Of a DNA stretch of 64,000 bases, positions 1 to 10,596 are shown piece by piece. How positions within the stretch are numbered: the stretch's first letter is position 1; each line of letters opens with the position of its first letter. The notes beneath the pieces were generated by a model, which was not told the DNA's origin, ran no database searches, and saw only the letters and a list, made by a program, of their open reading frames with translations. Made by a program: the position numbers and the translations under genes. Source of the stretch: Naegleria gruberi (Eukaryota); assembly GCA_000004985.1 (NCBI GenBank), contig GG738906.1, one strand, 5' to 3'.

Positions 1-1143
1 AAATACATCGAAAAGACAGCAACCAGAGCAGTTTTTACAACTGGTAAAGGTTCTTCTGCAGTTGGTTTAACTGCATCTGTTAAAAAAGATCCAATTAATG
101 GAGAATGGACTTTGGAAGGAGGTGCTTTAGTGTTGGCAGATGAGGGAGTATGTATGATTGACGAATTTGATAAAATGAACGATCAGGACAGAACTTCTAT
201 ACACGAAGCTATGGAACAACAAAGTATTTCAATTTCAAAAGCTGGTATTGTAACTACTCTTCAAGCAAGATGTGCAGTTATTGCTGCAGCCAATCCAATT
301 AGAGGCAGATATGATCCCTCTAAAACATTCCATCAAAATGTGGAACTTTCAGAACCAATTTTATCACGTTTTGATATTTTATTTATTGTAAGAGATACTG
401 TCGATGAAAAGATAGATGAAAATCTTGCTAAATTTGTTGTAAATAGTCATTTCAATAGTCATCCTAAACAAACCCTGTTACGAAAGGTTCAAGAACAAGA
501 AGCAGCACGTAGAGAGCTATTAGAAGAAAAGAATGAAGCAACAGAAGAAGATTTTCTTTTCAATAAGGAAGGAATACCACAGGATATGTTTAAAAAATAT
601 TTAATGATGGCCAAGAGAATAAGACCGAACCTATCTGGTATAAACAAGGAAAGATTGACCAAATTTTATTCTGAACTGAGAAAACACTCTGAGGAAGGTA
701 GTGGTTTAACAATTACAGCAAGACATTTGGAGTCTATTATCAGAATGTCTGAGGCTAGTGCTAAAATGCATCTCAGATCCACCGTTAATGATAGTGACGT
801 GAATACTGCCATCTCTGTAATGCTTGAAAGCTTTATTTCTACACAAAAATACTCTGTAGCTGGTTCTCTTAAGAGAAAGTTCAAAAGATATCTTCAATCC
901 CCAACCGATGATCACCAATTATTACTGCATATTCTCAATGAAATGGTTAAAACAAAAATTTCTTCCATGGCTGATGAAGATGAGGAAGAAGAAGAATTAT
1001 CAATCTCAATTAAGGAATTCAAAAATGAGGTGGCCAAGAATAGAATATTTGACATTTCCACTTTCCTAGACAATGAGGAAGCACTTGCAAAGAAAGGATT
1101 TACAGTATCAGATGGAACAATATTTTGGAAACCCCAACAATAA
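1..1143 (+). CDS. MCM2: MCM2 DNA replication licensing factor, C-terminal part (5' end lies outside the window)
   Basis: Frame 1 is open from position 1. The translation KYIEKTATRAVFTTGKGSSAVGLTA...IDEFDKMNDQDRTSIHEAMEQQSISISKAGIVTTLQARCAVIAAANP...ILSRFDILFIVRDTVDEK matches the MCM2 AAA+ core almost residue for residue. Stop at 1141-1143. Confidence 0.9.
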   Translation, partial: KYIEKTATRAVFTTGKGSSAVGLTASVKKDPINGEWTLEGGALVLADEGVCMIDEFDKMNDQDRTSIHEAMEQQSISISKAGIVTTLQARCAVIAAANPIRGRYDPSKTFHQNVELSEPILSRFDILFIVRDTVDEKIDENLAKFVVNSHFNSHPKQTLLRKVQEQEAARRELLEEKNEATEEDFLFNKEGIPQDMFKKYLMMAKRIRPNLSGINKERLTKFYSELRKHSEEGSGLTITARHLESIIRMSEASAKMHLRSTVNDSDVNTAISVMLESFISTQKYSVAGSLKRKFKRYLQSPTDDHQLLLHILNEMVKTKISSMADEDEEEEELSISIKEFKNEVAKNRIFDISTFLDNEEALAKKGFTVSDGTIFWKPQQ

Positions 1144-1252
1144 ACTTCAAACTTTTACATTTATTAATCATGGGACATTAAGATATTTAAAATAATAACC
1201 CGCCACCCGCTGTGTTGCAACAGAGTAATTACCGTTAAAAAAAACAGACAAC

Positions 1253-3288
1253 ATGATTTCGGAAAGGGATGTTCGTGCTAAGGATCAACAAGAAAAAGGG
1301 AAAATGATGGTTTCTTTCCGAGAGGATAAGAATATCATGCATTCACCTCCAACAAGCTTAAATAATGAGAGTACAATTATCACTCCCCCTCAAAAATCCT
1401 CCAATCAATTAAATCAATTACCACCCACATCACCTTCAAGAAAGAATCATTTGAACATTAGTACCAGTATTAATAATTCATCACCATCACCCTCAAATGC
1501 ATCTCAACAATTCTTGGTCATTCAACAACAACAAAAATTGAAGGAAAAGGATTTAAGCTTGAAAACTAACTCACCTCTTCTTGGAAGTAGTATTATTACA
1601 TTTGACGAATTGATGGAATTTATAAAGAAGATTGTTGCTTTGAGTGACACAATCAAGGAAACAAAATTAAAAAAGAATGGATCTATCATTCATGTTAGAC
1701 TTTTAAATATTGAGGTAAGATTTATAATTGAACTTTTTTTACATTTTTGCATATTAAGGATGAAATAATTCACTGGGGAAAGGAACTTATTAAACAATCC
1801 AATGACAAACAAATAGGGAAGGCTCTTCAATTACTGTATCAACACCTGACAAAGGTTTTCTCTTTGCTATCAAAAATTCAAAGATGTAAATGGTTCATTG
1901 ATATGAGATTTTCGAAAAAAGCTAAAAAATTAACCGAAGAATTGGACAATGTTACAACCATACTTGGTGTTAGTATAACCTATTTCAAAGCTCAATCAGC
2001 TTATTCAAATGTGCATAAATTAGGAATTGTGTCTGGATATCCAGATATAGATATTTTCGATATGGATGACAAGAACAATTTAGCATTAGCAGCTGATAGA
2101 TTTTATATTGGTCATGGTGTAACTCAGAATTTTGAAATGGCTTTTAGATTATATCTTCATGCGGCACGTTTGGGAGAAGCTCGATCCCAATATGTGGTGG
2201 GAACAATGCTAATTGAAGGGGTTGGTGTTGAAAAAGATACAAGACAAGGTGTAAAATGGACTCTAAAATCAGCAGCCCAAGATTATCCAGATTCTCTAAA
2301 TCAAATGGGTATCTTTTATGAAAAAGGGTTTGTGGTGGAGGAGAATCCAACTTTTGCTGCAAAATTCTATCTAAGAGCTACACATATGGCACACTTGGAT
2401 GGAATGACAAATTATGCATCACTGCTCCTCCATGGAAATGGGGTTGAAAAGAATGAACAAAAGGCTGCTTGGTTATTGAGAAAAGCTTGTGAAAGAAATT
2501 ATGCCAAAGCACAAAATGAACTAGGTGTCATGTTTTACAAAGGATTAGGTATTGAAGAAAACCCAGATAAGGCAGTTGAACTGTTTACATTAAGTGCAGA
2601 CAGAGGTAATGTCTATGCTTTAAATAATCTTGGAATTGCCTACGAAGAAGGAAAGGGAGTAGTTAGAGATTATGCTAAGGCCACTCTTTGCTATGAAAAG
2701 TCCTCGAAACTGGGAAACATAAATGCACTTAACAATCTGGGATACATCAAGCTGCTTCAAAAGCAATATGACGAAGCATTAGAGCTTCTCCATCAAGCTG
2801 CTGATAGAGGAAGCATTGATGCCATGTACAATATTGGAAATGTATACAGGATAGGACTAGGTGTAAATGCAGAACCAAGCCTATCCTTAAAGTTTTTATA
2901 TCGAGCAGCCAACTTGGGCCACCATAAAGCTCAGAAACTTGTGGGTGATATTTTGTATTCTGGTGTTGGAGAAGCAATACCTTCCAATAGAAAAGAAGCT
3001 GCCTCGTTTTACTACAAAGCTGCTCTCAATGGAGATGCAGATGCATGCAACAATTTGGGAATAATGTATGAGGATGGAAGTAGTGGCGTTGAAAAGGATG
3101 AAGAAAAGGCAGTTCTATGGTTCAGAAAAGCATCTAATCTTGGTTCAGATAATGGAATGTTCAACTTGGCAGCCATTTATGAAAGAAGAAACAAGAAGGA
3201 AGAAGCAACAACACTACTCAGAAAAGCAAGCATGTTAGGAAACATTAAGGCTAGAGAAAGGGTTGGACCAGTCGCAGAAATAATTTAA
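1253..3288 (+). CDS. Sel1-repeat (TPR-like) protein with an S/N-rich N-terminus; join(1253..1714,1759..3288)
   Basis: Two ORF-track ORFs in different frames are joined by a 44-nt GTAAGA..AG intron (1715-1758), phase 0. Exon 2 holds about 10 tandem Sel1 repeats (motifs of the form A..W..KAA.QG.A.AQ..LG..Y..G.GV). Confidence 0.75.
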
Positions 3289-3338
3289 AAAGTGAAACTT
3301 TACAATGTACTCTTTAATGGATAATCATAATTTAAAAA

Positions 3339-4854
3339 ATGGAGAAAAGTGGGTGTTGTTGTGAAGGCACACTTTGCAAGAGAGGAAAAATAAAAAAATC
3401 GAATGATATTAGGTTGGATTACCTGAATGTGGATCCACAAATTCCGATACCACATTTTAAATTCTGGCCAGGAAATAATCCAATAGGATGCAACGGAAGA
3501 ATTGTTAATGGAAAAGATCAACTGAATTACGCAATTTCTTGGCTCTTGATATTAATTCCTTCTATTGGTTTTTTTTCGTTTGTGTACGTTTTTAATATTT
3601 TGAAAAACATATATGTAATGATTTCCGAATAACAAATTATCTAGTTGTGTGGATTATTTTAGATTTATTAGTATTTTCGCAGGAATACCAATTACATTGA
3701 TAGGATTAATTCTCTTTTTATTAATTGTTTTTTATTTGTATAAAGTTGGAACCATTGATCCAGGTTATTTACCTAAATCAAGCCAAGTTTATCAAGAAAA
3801 ATTCAAACACGATAGAAAACTATTGAGAAAATTAAGAAGAAAGGAGGGAGCTGTCATGTCATCTATAGAAGAATCGACTCTTCACTCTACGGAAGGTGAT
3901 GAAGATGATGGCACTGAAAAAGATGGTCTGAGTGATGAGGAAATGAGTGATGAGGACCCACTTGGAGGAAATAAGGAGGAACACTCTAGTGTTCCAGAAT
4001 TTAAAATAATTACTTTTAATGGTTGTCAAATCAAGCTGAAATATTGCAAAACTTGTAAAATATTTAGATTGCCAAGAGCTAGTCATTGCAGAAGATGCAA
4101 TAGTTGTGGTAAGTAATAGAAAAATGGATAATTAGACAAAAATAGTTTCTAGATTTGATCATCACTGCCCTTGGACTGGAACTTGTATTGGAGAACGAAA
4201 TTACAAATACTTTTACGGATTTTTATTCTTTTTGACAAGTGGAATAGTATATGCAGGAGTAGCTAGTTTAATTGAAATTATTTTATTTGTCTTCTTCGCA
4301 ACTCGAGAGAGTTCTAATTTGGAATATAGTAATGAAACAGTCCAAAAGGCAGTCTTACTTTGCCTCATGTCTTCCCCAGTTTCGTAAGTTGAGAGTCAAA
4401 GATAACATAATTCTAATATTTTAGATTTTTGATTGTTGTTTTTGCTGCCATAATGAGTCTATCTGTTGGTTCATTAGGTTGTTTTCATACCTATCTATCA
4501 TTCACAAACCAGACAACATACGAAAATGTAAGTTTATTCATTTCCATTCTAATTTGCAAATTCAAAAAGATCAATAGAGTTTACAACAAGACAGGAAATC
4601 CATTCAGCAAAGGCTTGCTTTCAAACCTAAAAGAAACTCTCTTTTATAAAGTACCTTTTAGTCAAGTGGCTCTAAATAAGAAGTACTCTATTGCTCAAAT
4701 TGATGCCATGCAACCTAATGAGTTAGTTGGAGAACCTAGTCATTCAGTACTCGAGCTTCAAATGGAAGCCGAAACAAGCCATGAAATAATCTCATCAGAG
4801 AATACTTCACTTGAATCCTCTTATCCTTACTACTCTCGGCAAGAAGTGGTATAA
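3339..4854 (+). CDS. DHHC-type protein S-acyltransferase; join(3339..3583,3645..4108,4146..4383,4425..4527,4570..4854)
   Basis: The zinc-finger motif [47 protein letters not shown] is restored only after removing a 37-nt GTAAGT intron. Introns 3 and 4 also begin with GTAAGT; the first exon's donor is GTACGT. The TTYE motif and the NPFSKG..N C-terminal motif are present. The fifth exon boundary is ambiguous because the 42-nt candidate intron is in frame. Confidence 0.75.
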
Positions 4855-4870
4855 TTATTTGAAATAAATT

Positions 4871-5812
4871 TTATATTGTCTTAATGCTATTGTAATGTTC
4901 ACCCAAGGCATAATATCTCTTGTGATAGGATACAAAAAGGATGGAGCTGCTTGGGTGAGGTGTCATTGAATTGTCTCCCATAAGTACAATTCCACTATCT
5001 TGCACAATTTTTAAAATGAATTGTTTACCACACAAGTCAAGAAAAGCTTGAATTTCCACTTGTCCTCCCCATTCACTACTAGATTCTACAATGTTCGCAT
5101 ATTCATCCATAGTTTCACAAACATCCATAACAAATGGAAAATATTCATCAGATTTTCTCCTCAATTGGTTAGCAATCAAACTTCTCAAATGAAGATATGT
5201 AAAAAGTCCATTAGAAGTGGTTAAACTTTTTAGCTCTCTCTTATTTTTTTCAGATAGCTCACTATTAGCTCTTTCCAATAATTGTTTGGTGAATGAATTA
5301 TTCAAATTGGTATTTAATTGATCAGCAAGAGATCTATATAAACAATGACCGTCGGAATCAATTTCAAAAATACTTTGATTTGGTTCCAAATATTGTTTGA
5401 TTCTTTCAATCTCAACATCTCTCTGTGTTACACCTCCACTATCCATAAATTCTTGATGTGCCTGTTGTCTGGCATCTGTTTGTTTTTGTACTTTTTTTTG
5501 TTTTTTTTTAGCATTTTTCAACTTTCGTTGTTCTGCCTTCTTCTTTTCCTCCCCGTCTTTGGATATTGTTTGTTTAGGTGTTGATTCTTTTTCATCCTCT
5601 TCATCATCAACAGTGGAAGACATTTTAGCTTCCCATAGTTCTGTCTCATGACGTTGTTCCACTTCCTTCAACTTTTCCTTCCACTTGTTTTCAAACTTTT
5701 TCTTTGTTGCAGCACCAGAGTTGGCAATTTTTTCAAACTCTTTAGCTTTTTCTTCTGCCAGATTTTGCAATTCCTGTTCATGGAGTGCTTCAAGTTCTTT
5801 AACTGACGACAT
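4871..5812 (-). CDS. OTU-domain deubiquitinase (OTUD6B-like: N-terminal coiled coil plus OTU domain)
   Basis: The Cys box IDSDGHCLYRSLADQL and a C-terminal His box (HYNS) are present, with a K/E-rich coiled-coil N-terminus. The ATG sits in an A-run. Confidence 0.8.
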   Translation of the reverse strand: MSSVKELEALHEQELQNLAEEKAKEFEKIANSGAATKKKFENKWKEKLKEVEQRHETELWEAKMSSTVDDEEDEKESTPKQTISKDGEEKKKAEQRKLKNAKKKQKKVQKQTDARQQAHQEFMDSGGVTQRDVEIERIKQYLEPNQSIFEIDSDGHCLYRSLADQLNTNLNNSFTKQLLERANSELSEKNKRELKSLTTSNGLFTYLHLRSLIANQLRRKSDEYFPFVMDVCETMDEYANIVESSSEWGGQVEIQAFLDLCGKQFILKIVQDSGIVLMGDNSMTPHPSSSILFVSYHKRYYALGEHYNSIKTI

Positions 5813-5921
5813 TTTTTTTGTATTTAAATGTAAAAAAACTAATTAAACAGACTATTCCGAAAAGTATTTTTAATTATTTATAATTAAAATTTTTATTATT
5901 AATAACCAAGTTAATTTCTTC

Positions 5922-6621
5922 TTATTGATTTAAAAAGTATGTATAATCTAATTCGAGAGTCTTTTTTGTTATTGCGAAAAAACCAACACTCAATTGTCCT
6001 CTGTGATGGGTTGCATGATTAAAAACATGAAACAGAGAATCGGAGAGATATTGTTCCATCAACTCATTAGTCGTAGAAAAATAGTGTATTTTCATTGATT
6101 CGAATACTTTTGGTTCATAATTAGTCAATATTGATTCAACAAATTCTTTCCACCTCTCACATTGCTTTAATAATAATTGACAAACCACTTCAGTATCTTC
6201 CACAACACTTGTCCACTCATTAGCTTGATCGTTACCCCAAAATTTGTGTAATTCATCTCTAGTAAATTTGAGTGTGTAATTTTGAGTTGAAATTTCTATC
6301 ATTGGATCCTCATTGGGTTGTTGTTCTGGTGATGAAGATGGTGTATATTTTAAACCAGAAACAACTCTATCAAACCATAACAGTTCCGCTAACAAGCAAT
6401 GAGTTAACACTGAATGCACATTTTTAAAGAAAAGTCCTTGAATTGGTTGTTTCCACAAATTAGTATCATTCTTTTCGTTTCGGATTTCATTTACAACACG
6501 TTGATAGGCCCACTCATGATATCTAAAAATTGTAATACAATTTAATAAACACTCCTTTATTTTTAGTATTACAATTTATTCCTTACCTAACAAAAGAATT
6601 GAGTTGTCTTGATAGACTCAT
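5922..6621 (-). CDS. DinB/YfiT-like (DinB_2 family) metal-dependent protein; join(6621..6587,6522..5922)
   Basis: The motif FHVFNHATHHRGQ is the His-triad signature of the bacterial DinB/YfiT family. A short first exon (MSLSRQLNSFVR) is joined by a 64-nt GTAAGG..TAG intron to ...YHEWAYQRVVNEIRNEK. Confidence 0.65.
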
Positions 6622-6826
6622 TTTTATTTTATTTATATTATTTTTTTATTCTAAAATACATACCAGTATACCGTGCATGTGGCGTTGTAATTTTATTAAT
6701 ATTTATTTTACAAGTTTTTAACAATCTTACTACAGTAAAAGGTTCTGGCATGCCATTGTTTCACCAATTTCACTTTTTTTGGCGTATAAAAACAATCTAA
6801 TAATAGCATTTTCCAACAAGAAAAAA

Positions 6827-8410
6827 ATGCCTTCTTCATCAACAGAAGGAAAGGACAGAAAAAAGAAAGACTCGTCCTCTTCAAAAAAGAAGGAATCAAA
6901 AGACAAATCAGAATCTAAAAAATCATCTTCCTCAAGTAAAACTAAAAGCACACCAAATACTACAACAACGTCAAAGGATAATGATGACGATTTTGAAGAA
7001 AAACAATTCGTCTTGAGAGTTCCCGAAGACATCGCAGAAAAAATCCGGGAACGTATTCGTAAAGAAAGTAAATCATCATCAGAGAAAGCTCAACGAGTAG
7101 GATTGGATATGAGCATCAAATTTGGTGACGATGTGGATGTTTTACAATTCCTGCAAGCAGCTAGATTGACAGAAGAAGATGTTAAAGTTAACACTGCAAG
7201 AAAAGAAGACCTAGCTAATGGGTACCTAAGTGATATCGAGTATGGTATTGATAAGAATAGAAGAGGAAGGTTTCAATTTGGTGACAAAATTCTTCCTTGT
7301 GTACTAGTAGATATGCCAACACATGTAGAGGCATATAAATCTATTGATTGCCAAACATATTACAAATGTGGAGATGTCAGCCAAATGATCCTTGTACAAA
7401 AACCATCTGATTTGGAAGCTGATATTCAAAAGTCAAGAGTTAAAAGAAACAAATGTTATCAAAAGAATTCGAATAACAAAACCCACCATCATCATCATCA
7501 TGATTCGAAAAAGAGAAAAACTAAGGACTTGTTAACAAGCTACCTCTTTGAAGATGGTCTTACTTCTCCGATGGAAAGAGTTTTAAGACATTGGAATTCT
7601 CAAAAATTGGAAATTACTAGAAAAGACATTAAAAAACTCAAGGAAAAATATATTCAAATGTTGGAAGAAGAGGATCCAACAAAAGTAAAGATTGAGTTTG
7701 TAGAATATGCTTCAGAGCAAGAGAGATTAGCAGCTTTGCACGAGGAAATGAGTAGCTCATCTTCATCTGATTCGAGTGAATCAGACGAAGACTCTGATGA
7801 TTCTGACAACCTTTTTGATGAATTGAGTGCTAACAGAAAAGATGTAGATAGTGTAAATGGTGACAATGGTACCAACAATCTAGGATCTTCAACACCACTC
7901 AGTCAAGGAAGCTCTAATCCACTAGGCTTTACACCATTCTCGAACACTCCAAACATTCCTAAACATAACCCTACATATATGAGTGAAGATAACATGTCTG
8001 ATGGAGGAGAATCTCAAATTTCTACAATGAGCAAACAGTCTTTGAAACAAAATCCAACACCAAGCCAAATTTCTGATCAGGAAATGAAAGATGAAGACTC
8101 AAGTTCAGAAGATGAATCAGATGACAATGATATGTTTGATGAGGTATCAGCAGCTCCCCAACCATCAGTAGATGTTCGCACAACTCCTCAATATCAAGAA
8201 TTAATTATGAAAAAAGAGTCCTGTGAAAGAATTATTTTTGAAAACGAGTCAAAAATCAAACTGGTGCAAACCAATATAGGAAAAGCTAAAAATGATATTC
8301 AAAAACAAAGAGCTAATGCTGCTATTGCTAGTCTTGGAGATATAGTACAAGATCACAAACAAAAACTTCAAGACATCATTAATGAAATGGATCAATTACT
8401 TCGAAGATAA
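6827..8410 (+). CDS. TAF7: TFIID subunit TAF7 (TAFII55)
   Basis: QFVLRVPEDIAEKIRERI...ILPCVLVDMPTHVEAYKSIDCQTYYKCGDVSQMILV matches the TAF7 N-terminal domain; there is a C-terminal coiled coil. The real ATG is at 6827 (aaaaaaATG); the ORF track starts upstream at a TTG. Confidence 0.8.
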   Translation: MPSSSTEGKDRKKKDSSSSKKKESKDKSESKKSSSSSKTKSTPNTTTTSKDNDDDFEEKQFVLRVPEDIAEKIRERIRKESKSSSEKAQRVGLDMSIKFGDDVDVLQFLQAARLTEEDVKVNTARKEDLANGYLSDIEYGIDKNRRGRFQFGDKILPCVLVDMPTHVEAYKSIDCQTYYKCGDVSQMILVQKPSDLEADIQKSRVKRNKCYQKNSNNKTHHHHHHDSKKRKTKDLLTSYLFEDGLTSPMERVLRHWNSQKLEITRKDIKKLKEKYIQMLEEEDPTKVKIEFVEYASEQERLAALHEEMSSSSSSDSSESDEDSDDSDNLFDELSANRKDVDSVNGDNGTNNLGSSTPLSQGSSNPLGFTPFSNTPNIPKHNPTYMSEDNMSDGGESQISTMSKQSLKQNPTPSQISDQEMKDEDSSSEDESDDNDMFDEVSAAPQPSVDVRTTPQYQELIMKKESCERIIFENESKIKLVQTNIGKAKNDIQKQRANAAIASLGDIVQDHKQKLQDIINEMDQLLRR

Positions 8411-8454
8411 AGTATTTAATTTTTTAATATTTTTGCGCAAAATCATTAAAAAAA

Positions 8455-10416
8455 ATGAAGAAACTCGCAAAAAGTGTACTGCTCCAATCTAAGGTTCTTC
8501 GTCATCAATATAACAAAGGACCAAAATTATGTGGCATTAGTAGTTTAAATAATTTTAAAACTTTTAGTTCAAACTCAGGAGTATTTAACAAAGAGAATGA
8601 TATTATTGAAAGTGATGAAATGGATGAGGATTTAAAACTTTCCCTCTTTGGTGATTCTAGAGGTTCTGATGAATCTAGTTCGAGGTCAAACTATGTTTCC
8701 AGATTGGGCAATGATACTAATGGTGTTTCCTATACAACATATCTTGAAAAAGACAAACACTTCCGAAGACTCACTGAAGAAGAAGTTTCAACTTTAAAAC
8801 AAAAATACAGTGATGTAATGAACCCTCCAACAATAATAACACAATATCCATTCGATTTGAAAACAACACAATCAACCAACTCTACTAAACCACTCGTTTC
8901 ACCTATTAACCATCACGAGTATTTTGCTGTTCTTGATAAAATCAATGCTAGAGTTCTTCAAAGAGGTACCACTGTCACTAAAGTTGGTGTAGCTGTGAGT
9001 GGAGGAGGTGATTCTATGGGTACTGCTATTCTTGTTAAAAAGTGGGCAGACTATTTGAAACAAAAAAAAGGTATCGATATGGAAGTGGTTGCTTTGATTG
9101 TTGACCATCAAATCAGAGAAGAATCAGAACATGAAATGTTATATGTTCATGAAGTGTTAACAAAAACAGTAGGGTACAAAAACGTATTTTGCTTCCAATG
9201 CTTATGGCCAGATAACCAAAAAAAACAACAAAGAATTGCTAGATTGAAGAGACAATTAATTATGTCAAGTGAATGTGTTTCTCAAAAAATTGATCTTCTC
9301 ATTTCAGGTCACCACAAACAAGACAATATCGAAACCATGATTCATAGAGTTGCCTTTTCGAGTGGAATTAATGGCCTTAATGGTATACCTTTGATTTACT
9401 CATATTGTGTAGCAGATGCCACAATAATGCTTGCAAGACCTGGCTTGGTATTTGATTGTAATGAACTTAAAGCAGTTTGTACTCAATACAATATCAAATG
9501 GGTTGAAGATCCAAAAAATAGTGATGAAAGAGAATTCAGATCAATTATTAGATCTAGGTTGGGACTTTTATATCAGTCTGGAGTATCACCTAGTAATTTT
9601 TATAATTTCTTATTGACATTGGGTGCCATTCGTCACATTATGCTTCGTGAATCACTTAACTTTTATAATAGGTATGTGAGGTTTGATGATGAATTGGGTT
9701 TTGCTGGAATTTATTTCTACAGTCTTGAAAAGACTGCCGAGTTTGTTGCTTCAAATGCTCTCAATTCATTAATACAATACGTTACAAATAGAGAATTTCC
9801 AGTAACATTGGGTTCTATTAAGAATGTTGTCAGATATTTACCATCAACGAAACGTTCTCTTGGTGGTTGCTTATTGGTTCCTGATAAGAAGGTTCTCTAT
9901 GTTATTCGTGATACTGGTCCTCTCAGAAGAAAAAAGAATCACACAACCATTAGATTCACTGATAAGGGCATTGTGTGGGATAATAGATTTTTCATTCAAA
10001 TTTTCCAATATAACAAAATGAATATTCCAGAGGAAAATATAACTTATTCAAAAAAGCTTAGCTTGGAAAAACAACCAGAGTATGATAATATTTTAATTCC
10101 AAATTATGATGGAAAGGTTGACACAGATCCAAATGGTATTTACAAAATTAGACCATTTACTGAAACTGACCATAAATACTTTGGTGAACATTATCCACTC
10201 ATGATGAAAGCTGCAAAGCAGTACCCTAATTATTTAACGAGAAGCTTCCCTGTTATTGAGGATAGTAAAGGTACTCTTGGTATTCCTTTCCTTGGTTGGA
10301 AGAGATGCGTCAACATTTTCTGGTACATTAAATTCCTTCCATCTCGTCAAAAGTTTGTGCCAGGTGAAGCTGACAGTTTGTACGATTTTGTTAAACTCTT
10401 TTCAAAGAATAAATAG
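8455..10416 (+). CDS. tRNA(Ile)-lysidine synthetase (TilS)-like PP-loop ATPase with an N-terminal organellar-type presequence
   Basis: PP-loop VAVSGGGDSMGTAIL plus the TilS signature LISGHHKQDNIETMIHR. The first ~45 aa (MKKLAKSVLLQSKVLRHQYNKGPKLCGISSLNNFKTFSS) are basic/hydroxylated and lack acidic residues. Confidence 0.7.
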   Translation: MKKLAKSVLLQSKVLRHQYNKGPKLCGISSLNNFKTFSSNSGVFNKENDIIESDEMDEDLKLSLFGDSRGSDESSSRSNYVSRLGNDTNGVSYTTYLEKDKHFRRLTEEEVSTLKQKYSDVMNPPTIITQYPFDLKTTQSTNSTKPLVSPINHHEYFAVLDKINARVLQRGTTVTKVGVAVSGGGDSMGTAILVKKWADYLKQKKGIDMEVVALIVDHQIREESEHEMLYVHEVLTKTVGYKNVFCFQCLWPDNQKKQQRIARLKRQLIMSSECVSQKIDLLISGHHKQDNIETMIHRVAFSSGINGLNGIPLIYSYCVADATIMLARPGLVFDCNELKAVCTQYNIKWVEDPKNSDEREFRSIIRSRLGLLYQSGVSPSNFYNFLLTLGAIRHIMLRESLNFYNRYVRFDDELGFAGIYFYSLEKTAEFVASNALNSLIQYVTNREFPVTLGSIKNVVRYLPSTKRSLGGCLLVPDKKVLYVIRDTGPLRRKKNHTTIRFTDKGIVWDNRFFIQIFQYNKMNIPEENITYSKKLSLEKQPEYDNILIPNYDGKVDTDPNGIYKIRPFTETDHKYFGEHYPLMMKAAKQYPNYLTRSFPVIEDSKGTLGIPFLGWKRCVNIFWYIKFLPSRQKFVPGEADSLYDFVKLFSKNK

Positions 10417-10596
10417 GTTTATTAGTGGTTTTTTAGTTGAATCAAAAATTCAATTCTGTTACTTTACAAAATCTGTTACAATTGTAAACTCGGTTGGCTT
10501 GATTGAGATTACTGAAAAGCCTTTTCAATTGATTAGTTTTGAAATTGAAGCGTTTCTGTTTGGGTATGATACAGTAAAATGACATGAGAACTTTGT

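Noticed and set aside
666-918. Short antisense ORFs inside MCM2. Similar 60-140 aa ORFs lie antisense to SMC2 (11084-13399), CCT8 (18841-20198), WDR59, CEP290 and others.
   Set aside because: Low-complexity translations. Fully contained within well-supported genes on the opposite strand. No start context or motifs. A six-frame scan of AT-rich coding DNA is expected to produce these.
4528-4569. 42-nt in-frame candidate intron in the DHHC gene (GTAAGT...AAAAAG)
   Set aside because: I could not decide. Its length is a multiple of three and it has no stops, so both spliced and unspliced products are open. I kept it as an intron in the model, but confidence is low.
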